DNA of 63,758 nt, the filler included, from Octopus bimaculoides (lineage: Eukaryota), in assembly GCF_001194135.2 (NCBI RefSeq). It is 4 parts of 4 records of this genome, joined end to end, with 100 filler letters (N's around TTAATTAATTAA, not from the genome) between each part and the next. Parts side by side here need not be neighbours in the genome. Positions count along the whole stretch, not along the records: positions 24,510 to 51,453 come from NC_068985.1; 3 more parts are not named here. One strand, 5' to 3'. A program made the position numbers and the translations under genes. Below the pieces are notes generated by a model that ran no database searches, was not told the origin of the DNA, and saw nothing but the letters and a program-made list of their open reading frames with translations. This document shows, piece after piece, positions 37,350-48,838 of the stretch. Every line of letters starts with the position of its first letter. The stretch's first letter is position 1.

Positions 37350-38967
37350 TACGCACATACATTAATACACACATAACATAGATGCATGAATATATATGTA
37401 CACAAATTCATACGTACAAATTGTATCATTTCAGGTTTTATATTAAATATACTTAATGCATTTAATATTTGCTATATGTTGAGGCATTCAAACCATTTAG
37501 ATCTGCAGGTGAGAACTGGTACAGCACAATGAATCTTTACATATAATTTCTTAACGTTATTTGTTAATCTTACATTTTCCTCCAGTTTTATCGTCTTTTT
37601 ACATCAGTTCATGTTTATTGTCACAAGCTTTGTATTCATTTTAGCAGTCGGTATATACGATATTGTATATCTATCCAGATATTTGTATGGCTTCATTCTG
37701 CTCATGAATGCTCTGATTCAGTTGGTTTCGGAATATGAACGATCTTGTTTTTTGTCTGCCACTATTTGCTCTAGAGGCGCACGGATGAATATATTTTTTT
37801 GACATTTAATCTTCTCATTCGTATTATTAAGTTGATTGCTCACTAGTTATGAGTATCACTTATTGTAAATAGTAATAAAGTCCCCGTTGATCTCAAATTT
37901 ACTGTACGTCTGAATTTCGTTTTATCCACAATTTGAGATTGCTCATATTTCTTTTTGGCGAAAGATGTTGCTGATTATTGAACTGAAATCGAAAATTAAT
38001 AATATGTAATTTCTTTAACATAACATTAAAAAGAAAACAGTTCCCTTTTCGGTACAGTTGTAGAAATTGTACATGTACTTCATGATTAATATTATATATG
38101 ATGAATGATTGAATGTGAACGATCAACAAATTATTTTTAAAGATTTTGAGCTGCGCCATGTTAAGCGTTTTAAATTATAATTCATTCTGTATTTATGGCT
38201 ATTTCTGTCTCATTTAGTTAGTGAATAAATTCATACATTTATAATTATACGTGGTGTCACTTTAAACATCACTACAACGAATGTATGTGGTTAATTTGAA
38301 AATGACCATCTTTGATTTTCGTGGGTTCTACATTTAAAATACTTTTTCTACTATGTAGTTACATTTTATTCGTCAAAGATATACGGTGTTTGCTTCCTGT
38401 CAAATATGTGCAGAGTGGAATCAATTATATGTCTGGATACGTTGTTATACAATATAACAGGCAGGTTTATTTAGCGTGTGACCTTGTGTCATATTTATGT
38501 TTTTCTTCGAATATAAAATGTTTGTTATTTGTTGCGTATGCTTTCTCTTGACGTTTAGGCGAGTTGAGCCGGTGTCATATTCTTTCGGCCTGTCCTTCTA
38601 AACTAAATAAATGAGGGAATTTGATAGCATAGGCTAATACTTTAATTAGATTAAACCTAACATTGTAACAGCGAGATATCTATGAATATATCAGAGTAAA
38701 ATCTAAAAAGAAAACACTCAGGACTTTTCATATCCATTTAATGAGATTAAATATTACAAGCGCGTCTAGGAATTAATTGACGAACCTTGAACAGAAAATA
38801 AATTAAAATTAAAATTCCTAAACAATGAAGAGGGCGAAGGTAGAAATTATAGCCTGACAGAGGCATTAATCCACCGCAATTGATTTTAATGATGTCAAAC
38901 ACGTCGTTGAATTTTCGTGAATCTCAGGTCACGAGAAAATATTAAATGGCATATACGTGCATATAGA

Positions 38968-39024
<57 letters not shown>

Positions 39025-39054
39025 GCCTGCATACATACATATATGCATACATGT

Positions 39055-39215
39055 ATGAATACATATATACATACATGTATGAATACATATATACATACAT
39101 GAATGAATACATATATACATACATGTATTCATACATATATACATACATGTATGAATACATATATACATACATGTATGAATACATATATACATACATGTAT
39201 GAATACATATATGCA
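39055..39215. repeat. 24-bp minisatellite (ATGAATACATATATACATACATGT)n, about 7 copies
   Basis: Visible as MNTYIHTC repeats in the ORF track. Confidence 0.9.
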
Positions 39216-39394
39216 TACCGACAGATATACATACATAAATATATACATATATGTATATATGAAGGCGTACGTACAAAAATACATACATGACAAACAGTCA
39301 TACACAGAGATATAATTACATAGGAAAACCTACGTAGTACACACATAAGCATATACATTTTTTTTCATCTCAGGAAACATTACAAATATGTGGA

Positions 39395-39540
39395 ACATTC
39401 TTAATCTATTTTCGTTCTACGACGAGATCGATTTTGCTTTTCTCCTTTTCGAAGTCGATTAAATAGGTACCAGTCTAGTATTGGGGTCGACGTAATCAAC
39501 CTCCAGCTCAACGCAAAAGGTTGCCAAAATTTGAAATCGA
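39395..39540 (+). mobile_element. Degenerate SINE central domain
   Basis: TTTTCGAAGTCGATTAAATAGGTACCAG...TTGGGGTCGACGTAATC. Confidence 0.65.
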
Positions 39541-39699
39541 TATTACGGCCTCTTCAGAGAAAGCGACATCAAAATGACCACTCACAAAGAAACAAGTAGG
39601 CAATGCCATTATTTACGCAACAAATTAGACTGACCATACAACAGAAGCTACCAATTTGCGCTTACTATCAATGCGTTCATGCGTCTGTGCATGTACGTA

Positions 39700-39743
<44 letters not shown>

Positions 39744-40058
39744 NNNNNNNNNNNNNNNNNNNNNNNNNNNNNNNNNNNNNNNNNNNNNNNNNNNNNNNNN
39801 NNNNNNNNNNNNNNNNNNNNNNNNNNNNNNNNNNNNNNNNNNNNNNNNNNNNNNNNNNNNNNNNNNNNNNNNNNNNNNNNNNNNNNNNNNNNNNNNNNNN
39901 NNNNNNNNNNNNNNNNNNNNNNNNNNNNNNNNNNNNNNNNNNNNNNNNNNNNNNNNNNNNNNNNNNNNNNNNNNNNNNNNNNNNNNNNNNNNNNNNNNNN
40001 NNNNNNNNNNNNNNNNNNNNNNNNNNNNNNNNNNNNNNNNNNNNNNNNNNNNNNNNNN

Positions 40059-40110
<52 letters not shown>

Positions 40111-40601
40111 TATACGTTTATAAATGTGTATGTATATATATATATGAAAATGAATATAAGTCTGAGGGAGAGAGAGAAAGAGAGAGTCTTAGATTCATTC
40201 TCTTGTGTCAGCCACTTCATTGCAGCAGTGTTCGAGCATTGCCTTCAAGGATTTTTTGCGCGAAGAAATCGACACCAAAACGTAACGTATGTAAGCCTAG
40301 TAATTATTGCATAGTTTGTCTTTGCTGAACCTCTAAACTATGAGGGCTGAACACGCCAACAACTGTTATCAAGAGATGGTTTGGAACAAACACGGATACA
40401 ATGACGGTCATATAAATATATACAACAAGCAGGGTAAGTCAGCGAGGTACACATACGATGCTAAACAGGAAAACACTAAGAAGAAAAAAATGATATACAA
40501 AGTTTTCATAAAAACAATTAAATCGTACAGTTTCAGAGTGGGGTTCAAGTATTCAATACAACCTCTATAATTATTATCCCTCTCTCATTCATATGTTTGG
40601 T

Positions 40602-40703
40602 GTCTTACCACACAGCCACACCTGAGCCTATATGTGTCTTACCACACAGCCACTCCTGAGCTTATATACGTCTTACCACACAGCCACGCATGAGCCTATA
40701 TGT
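40602..40703 (-). repeat. Three tandem 34-bp copies of the SINE 5' terminus
   Basis: Units start at 40602, 40636, 40670: GTCTTACCACACAGCCAC.C.TGAGC.TATA...; compare with the SINE head at 9050-9075. Confidence 0.9.
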
Positions 40704-41016
40704 GTATGTGTGTGCATGTGTGTGTGTGTGTTAAATAAAATGATACAATAAAGCCAATGCAGTTTGAAATTTCTAAGACATTTATAATGAGAAACGTAGT
40801 CTTACAGCTCTTTCTAGGATATGGTGGATATCCCTTGATCAGAGACGAAAATAGAGATTTAAATAGTAGAGTCAATATAAGAAGCTATATGTATGTGTGT
40901 ATGAATATATATATATATACACACGTGTGTAAGTGTTTGGCGGGAATATATGTTACATGATAGAGAAAATGTTTATGTCCTACGAGAAAGTCTTCAGGCA
41001 GGGAGANNNNNNNNNN

Positions 41017-41048
<32 letters not shown>

Positions 41049-42536
41049 GTGTGTAAGTGTTTGGCGGGAATATATGTTACATGATAGAGAAAATGTTTAT
41101 GTCCTACGAGAAAGTCTTCAGGCAGGGAGATAAATAATTTTCAACCTTCGGATATTTTACGGATTTTAGAATGCCGTTAACAGTTCGAATTCATTATCGA
41201 TGATAATCCCGCAATACTTGGAGAGCCATCGCCAAAGATCAAGCGTTGGAAATCCAAATTCTGTGGGACAAAGACATGCGACAAATAGGTCACCGGTATG
41301 AAGGACAGGCCAATTTGTGTTATGTTAATTTATAAAGAAACACCAAAATATGGAACATATTACGTTTCTGATACTACAGCGTGTGATATTAGGAAAAAAA
41401 TATATATTTGGAAAAAATACGCTGGATAAAATGTGAATATTGAATGACGAATTCATATTCTTATAGTCGACTAATGCAAATATTTATCAAATGAAAATTG
41501 ATGAAAGCTATATAATAAAACAAAAATGATTTTGGCCTACGGCAGAATTCTCTGAGGTTTCCATATATAAATTAATCAAATTAAATCATATTCAGCATTA
41601 CAATGAATGCAGGCTAGTGTTTATTGAATTATAAAACACGGTAATGTGCATTTACGTATTAACTAGATGGTATTCAAAATAGTAGCCATTTGTAAAAATA
41701 CATTTCTCTTCGGATAATTAATGGGGAATGAACTTATATCTAACATGTGGTGTGCACAACATGAAAAAATATTGGCACGTTATGTATTCTGAAGTACAAT
41801 TTTATCATTAAATATTTTTGGCAGATAATTGCTATAGCAAATATTGGAAAATAACCAATTTCGCAATGAATGCTTAGTACATCAAGAGCTGTGTGTTAAA
41901 AATTTCTCTTACCGGATATTAACTATGTTATCGATCAAGGCACATTTTGACCGATAACTAATCAACTGATCCATGTCAGCAGCCAGAATATTGGAATTGA
42001 TAATAAATGCTGCAAATATTTTCTTAGTTGAGAAACATGTTGATATGCAATCAATTCCAGCAGTAATTACACGCCGGGTTCATGTATGAAGCATGTTCAT
42101 TTCTTACTGGATAACAAACAACTAGATCAAGAACAACCTCAACAACAACAACAACAGCAGCATCAGCTACAAAGACAACAACAACAAAAACGATAATAAT
42201 AATAATGTTAATAATGATAATACTAATAATAATGACTTCCGAATCAGTATGTACATCGTTTTAACATTACAGAAATTTTATTAAATATGTATATTTATGT
42301 AATATCTATGCATCGTTATACAGAATACATATATGAGCACACAAAGAGATTTTATATGCGTATATGTGTATGTACATATATGTGTGTGGGAGTATGTGTG
42401 TGTGTGTGTGTGCGTGCGAATATATACATACGTATGTATACATATATAAGCGTACATACGTATATAAATAAACACACACAGAAACAGCCATACCTGTATA
42501 TGTTTGTGTTCTGCCTATGTCTGTGTGTATGTGAGT

Positions 42537-42571
<35 letters not shown>

Positions 42572-42933
42572 ATGACAGACAGACAAAAGAACAGACGTAC
42601 AGACAGAGACAGACAGACAGATAAATCAAAACTGAAACGAAGAATGTTAACAAGGTGAAGACTCATCTAGAAGCATGAAGATATTTATATATTTACAGAA
42701 TATATACGTGAAGTACAAAAAAACGATACAAAATTAAGGAATGAAATTATGGCAATTCATATCCGTCGGCTTTTTCTGGAGGTATTGAATCACATAACAG
42801 TTTTAACGTCGTCAAATGGAATATGCCTACTCCATCAGAATATGTTGTATAAATATAGAAATATCTACGTATTTATAAACGAGTGTTCATCTTCTGATTA
42901 TTTTCAATTTCTCCCTCGCACTCTCTAGCTCCC

Positions 42934-42973
<40 letters not shown>

Positions 42974-43029
42974 CTAGTTCCCTTCCCCAAAATTTCGAGC
43001 CTGTGCCTAGAATGCGAAAGAATTGTTAC

Positions 43030-43600
43030 TCTCATTCATTGCTCTAATTGGTGTCACATATGTGAGCTTAATCTCTTCTGACTTGGCCATTTTTCCTCTC
43101 ATTATTTGCACCGCACATTTATCTTTCTTTATTCCATTCCAATATCATCGCTCACAAATCTGACGTTCTGTAGCAATCAACATAAATCGTTTTCACAAAT
43201 CTGGTCCATTGGATTGCAATCCAGGTATCCCTTTCAAGACATTATTCACCTCTCTTGCGATCCCTATTTTTCTTTGTTTTTCTTTATATTTAACTATTTA
43301 GCATTACTTGATGTTTTATTTCATAGTTCTAAAGGCTTCTCGAGATTCCTTTTTGTCTCTTTCTTGCTAAGTGGTACGGTCATTATACTATAACATGTGC
43401 ATTTAGTTCCTTGTGAAATCTACTTTCATCTTTTCCGAATAATTTATTTTATCTCAACGGTTCAAATCTGTATTATTTGATCTTGACAGTTTTCGCTTTA
43501 ATCCTTTGTTTTAATTCTTCCACCACTCTCCTGTATCGTTTTAGCTTCGGTCAGTACTTACTTTATGGAATCACGTCTTTATTTCATCCTCGTTGCTATT
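43030..43600 (-). mobile_element. Degenerate R4/Dong-like LINE RT N-terminal fragment
   Basis: Minus: VVEELKQRIKAKTVKIK...NKLFGKDESRFHKELN and VNNVLKGIPG..SNGPDL. Confidence 0.55.
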
Positions 43601-45606
43601 CGTTACGTTGCTTTTCTTTCATTTTCTTTACATGATTGCATTGCAAACTACTATACCATGGTACTTATAACCCTTGCTTTCAATATTTTTTTAATCACTT
43701 CTGTATCACGATTCATGTATTTAGTCAAGGGAAGTAGTCAATATTTGGGATAATTATTTATTTAGCGCTATGAATGTTTCATTTATTACGTGAATTATCA
43801 CAAACCAGGTTTTAGACTGCTAATTATCTTAATCACACATATAAGGAATGTCACATTCTCGAAAATTGATACTGTACACATTGGGGCACACATGCGATTG
43901 GAGAAAATATGTCACCGCAACTAATGACTTTCAGTACGATATGATATATTTTTTATTAAAAGTTTCATCGTCACAAACAAAAGTTAAAATATATAACGCT
44001 CCAAATTTAATGCAATTCATATCCGCAACAGAACAAGTGTTTTAATATATTCATAAATGCATAATGAAAATATATGCATTATTTACGCGGTACATTTTTA
44101 TAATGAACTGTATTGAATTCCCACGCAGACGCGACTACTGCATTGCATTTTATGATTTGTCGGTTAATATTTTGGAGATAGAATTGCTGGTATATTTTAC
44201 TCAGAAGAATACTTATTCATAAATATGAACTATAAACCATGAAGATTATATTTTCTCATAGAATAATATTTATTTAATGATCTCAGTTTCTGCGTAGATT
44301 AACTTTAAATCTTACATGTTATTGTACAACAATTTAAATGAATGCGCAATTGCTTTGAAAACAGATTGGCCAACTGAATTATATAATCCATTAATAATTC
44401 TAAAGGAAAAAAATCTCTCTTTCAACACCGCACATTGTACAATTATATTTATGATCTAGTTGAGGGAATATTACAGTTGACAAATAATAGGAATTCAACC
44501 ACAGTGGAATAATACGAAATTCATCGCAAATAAAACTGATTTTATAATATTATTAAACGAATCAATCATTGTATCCCAAGCCATTAATTTAAGTAAACCA
44601 TTATAAAATACAGATATGACTTAACATTCGAGCAATTATTTCAGTATAGAAAGCGTTTTGAAATAATATTTTATCATAGTTTCAAAACTGAAGGGATGAT
44701 ACTCTGAACAAAATGATTATGTTCTGGTAATAACGAGGTTCAAATACTTATGCATTTTTTTTTCTAATTAACGTGATACAATGCCTGAATACTAACGCAA
44801 TTGTTGTTGAAGGCTTGACTGAAGAAATGTAGACAACTTTGCTTTTGGTGGGTAAATATCTTGATAACCGTTTTGAAAAGCAGACTTGAACGCATAGCAC
44901 ACCAATATAAAGAGGTATCTATGAGGAGAATATAATAATGTTTTAAGTTGAAAGCGGAATTTATGCTTAAAGAATATATAAAATAACACATATTTTGGTT
45001 TGCCTATCATATATGTTTTTTTTTTTTCAATATCTCTCCGCTATTGTAGCAGGTACATAAGTAGGTTGAAGTCGGGAAGAACCTAAAATTTGGGACAGAA
45101 AAACATTGAAATATGCTAATTAAATATTTCTACATTCCATTTTCTTTATTTGGGTGAATTGAAGAACATTAACGGTACATAATGAAAATAATATTATACA
45201 TATCTACTTGTTGAGTAATACGTGGAAAGATACATTGTTCATGAAATATTGTACATAAAGTATTCAGTACTTTTATGTGTTAGATGCCCGAAATATATTA
45301 AAAAATTGGTATTTTTTCCCCATATATTCTGTAACATAATGTTATTTTTTCATTTCTGAACGTTACAGTATTGTTGATCTTATGGTTCATTAACTTGAAG
45401 GTGGCTAACAGGATCTTCACCACTGATACTCTACGATAGAGTTGTGCCAGATCATGATAGCATACGTGTTTGGGAATTGTTCAATATAGTGTAACATGCA
45501 CTTCTACTATCTTCACCCACTTTTCATGGCTTTTATGTACTATTTTTGTCAATCGTACAATCAAGGCATCCATTTAACCCACAAAGTCAAACGGTTTTCT
45601 CTCTAG

Positions 45607-45782
45607 CTATGATTTCGGCTTCTCTGTTAGAATGTTCACAATATAAGTTTCACAGTATGCGTAGACTTCCTAGCGGTACGAAGCAGAGGCCATTCTTTCA
45701 CACCTCGCAATTCACAACAGTAAGAACAAGGATACAAATTTTGCCCAGTGCAACATGGCTAAGGACTGCGAAGGTTGGTGAG
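45607..45782 (+). CDS. Candidate exon: MISASLLECSQYKFHSMRRLPSGTKQRPFFHTSQFTTVRTRIQILPSATWLRTAKVGE
   Basis: GTTTTCTCTCTAG acceptor (45605-45606), GAG|GTGAGT donor (45783), one fully open frame; no homology recognised. Confidence 0.33.
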
Positions 45783-46793
45783 GTGAGTATTAAATAAATG
45801 TATACTTATAATAGAATCCTGAACTATCAGAACGCTTTATGTTGCATAGAATCATTAAAGAATTTCATATTTCACATATCTATTCCAACAATACTTACTT
45901 ATGAGGACATTTACATGAAATTACAAGGAACGATGACTTTACATCATAATATGATATAAGACAAAACCTATATGAAAAGTTCGGTTTCCCTCAGCACTAA
46001 GCAAATCATATTTTAACAAAACTCATAATTACATATAAACCAAAAGGAAAACAGTTCCCTTTGTTGATGTGTAAATCATCACGCTGTAACATTTATACAG
46101 GAACTTTTGTTAACATGAGGCATGATATAAGCGCTTCGTACGAGATGCATTCTCTGTTGTTCTGATAATAACTGCGAATGCCATCTTATGACAGCCAAAT
46201 ATGTATTGCATCTATTTATACTGGGTTTTATATTGATTTGAGTATTAACTACATTGATCATTATATATCTCAATAATTCTTCAATGAATATGAACAATAA
46301 AGCTTTCATTTATTTCAATGATAAGGCTGCACACAACGTAACATTCACCAACAATCACTTTATTAACCGAAACGTCAAATATAATATTATTAGTAGTAGC
46401 TCTTTCCAAATGAATTCAATTAGTTTCTTCATTTCTCATCATTTCTCTATGACAAAAACATAGGATGAATTGTTGGTAGGTAAATCCAGTAAGTTTAGTG
46501 GATGTTGTAATAATCTCTCTTAATATTCATTGGAATTACTTATTTTTTAACTGCAGAAATATTTGCTACAATTACTTTTATTATTTTACTTCAAATATGT
46601 AAATTAAATTATATAATACACAATGTATTTTAGCATACGCACAAATTTGAAAACAAAGACTTATTTTTGGCTTATTCTTTTCCTACTTATATCATGGTAT
46701 ATGTGATTTATTTTAGTGACATATTTTGTATTCATATTTGTATATGATACTCTCTGAGCAATACAACTACCTATTTTTTTTCTTTTAACTTAC

Positions 46794-46931
46794 CGACATT
46801 TATCGGATATCATTAATGACGTCGACTTCGACATTCTCGCAAAGAATTGCAAGTTCATATACCCTGAAACTCCACGAAACTAAACAATTAATAACCAAAT
46901 TCTCTTCCTTGTCAAGTATCGGCACAAATGC
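46794..46931 (-). other. Candidate 138-nt exon of a minus-strand transcript (UTR, terminal coding or non-coding)
   Basis: TATTTCTTTTTGTAG acceptor (46932-46933) and TCG|GTAAGT donor (46793-46788); each of the three frames contains a stop. Confidence 0.4.
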
Positions 46932-48342
46932 CTACAAAAAGAAATACTTATACGGTGTGAGCATCTTTTTATATATACGTAAGTGCATGTTCTCTCTTTG
47001 TACAAGTTCGAGATATTCATTTCAAATACGTAAGAATAATTTGCGATATTTTGTTAGCAATTCGATGGATATTAATTCGATGGGTATTAAAAGCGTGTTT
47101 GCTCTGGAGGTGCAATAGTCTTAATATCTATGTGGATTCTGTGGAATATTATGTGAAATTACATACCTAAAAGTTTCTGGTCTTATTTTGTGGATAATGA
47201 TGCGTGTGTGAAAACCAATGCACGTGTTGATTGCACGTTTTCTGTTTATGTACATGTGTGTATCATGAGTATGTAATATGTGTGAATTGTGTATATTTAT
47301 TGTAAAAGAATATGAAGCCAAGCATTTCTGCCTGTTTTTTTTTTACATATATATATATATATGTATATATATGTATATATATGTATATATATATATANNN
47401 NNNNNNNNNNNNNNNNNNNNNNNNNNNNNNNNNNNNNNNNNNNNNNNNNNNNNNNNNNNNNNNNNNNNNNNNNNNNNNNNNNNNNNNNNNNNNNNNNNNN
47501 NNNNNNNNNNNNNTATATCAGTAAGACGTAAATACAAGGTTGTATTATCTACATGGAGATTATTAGAGTGATATTAACAAACCGTGTGGCTAAGAACCGA
47601 CCAGACTTGTCCACAATTATTAAACTCCAGGATTTTTATGTAATGCAGCAAATGATGTATTTTGGTGTCTTACATACTGGAAATAGTGAGTGGGTTGATA
47701 GTAAACACGATGGTGTATGCGTTCCTAGAAAGGGTGCATCTGCGACAAAGGAAAAGCGGAGAGGTGAAAGACCTCCGTTGCACATGGTGAGAACGGCATG
47801 ATACATAATGCCGCAAATCAAGTATTTTCAGCCGAGGAGATGGATTCCGCTAACGTAAAAAATACACAGGTAATGTAAAAGATTAGAACATGCGTTGAGA
47901 TTGTAATTTAGCTGGAGAGATGAAATAGTTTTGAGCAACCGATCTTGCTTTTGGAATGTTCATTGAACGATGTAGTAGTTGTTTTAAAACTAGGCCTTTG
48001 TGACTTTTAAGAAAATGAAATTAACATTTGCTAATTTGGACGTTCGAATGAACCAAAATTATTTTTTTTAAATAATCAACTGAAATTGCTCAAGTGTTTG
48101 AAATAAATTCAGCGGCAATCTATTAAGTTTCGATGCTAAGTGACTGTTTGGCGAGAAGAAACAGTTGTACCTCGTAGATTGCGAATATGGAGCGAAATTG
48201 TTTGCAAACATGATAGCATGTTCAATATTGTGGTGATATAACGGTATCTACTCGATAGAGCTGGAGCACGGAACACCGCAATTTTGTCTCTTAAATTATT
48301 CAGAAAAACCTCCTCCCTCGCTGGCAATATATTTTTTTTGCA

Positions 48343-48431
48343 ACGTCAAAACGGTAGAGGAGTAGCGGCCGAAACCGGAAGTGGTTCCTCCTGATGATGT
48401 CTTGAGCTAACCGGATCCTATAAAGCAGCTG
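48343..48431 (+). promoter_or_regulatory. Putative Pol II core promoter: half-CRE ACGTCA, ETS/GABP site ACCGGAAGTG (48374-48383), second ACCGGAT, TATAAA (48419-48424), CAGCTG
   Basis: Motifs read directly; locally GC/CpG-rich within an AT-rich, TE-poor block. Confidence 0.55.
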
Positions 48432-48794
48432 TTGTGGTAGCAGAGCACGAAACATAGTTGAAATTCCTCCATAGAAACAATGAGAATATTTTATGAGACA
48501 TGACGACTGACAGTCTACCTCAGAGAAACCGTATTGGTATCCAGTGCATTAAGGTACGCTACATTAAACTTAGTGTTCATTATGGGATTGATTTGCATAA
48601 GGAAATGCTTGCCTCTCTTTTGCCTAATATGATAACCGGGTGTTAACCTCACTTCAATCAATAGTGCAGTATGTAACTGTTGTACAGAATTAAATTTATT
48701 AAACATCAGAAGTGTAAGCATCTGAATGTTGCATAAAAGATGTTACGTTGATGTTATGTCCCAACGCTACTGCTATCTAGCGCCTTTGGATGAT

Positions 48795-48838
48795 CGCTAC
48801 TCAACCGCTACACAACTGCTACTCGACTGCTACTCAAC
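48795..48838. repeat. 11-bp minisatellite (YGCTACWCRAC) x4
   Basis: Units at 48795, 48806, 48817, 48828. Confidence 0.9.

Noticed and set aside
40602-40703. CRISPR-like repeat array
   Set aside because: The units are directly adjacent with no spacers, the context is eukaryotic, and the unit is a SINE head.
40905-41130. Exact direct duplication of about 100 bp
   Set aside because: The two identical copies flank a 10-N gap, typical of unmerged overlapping contig ends.
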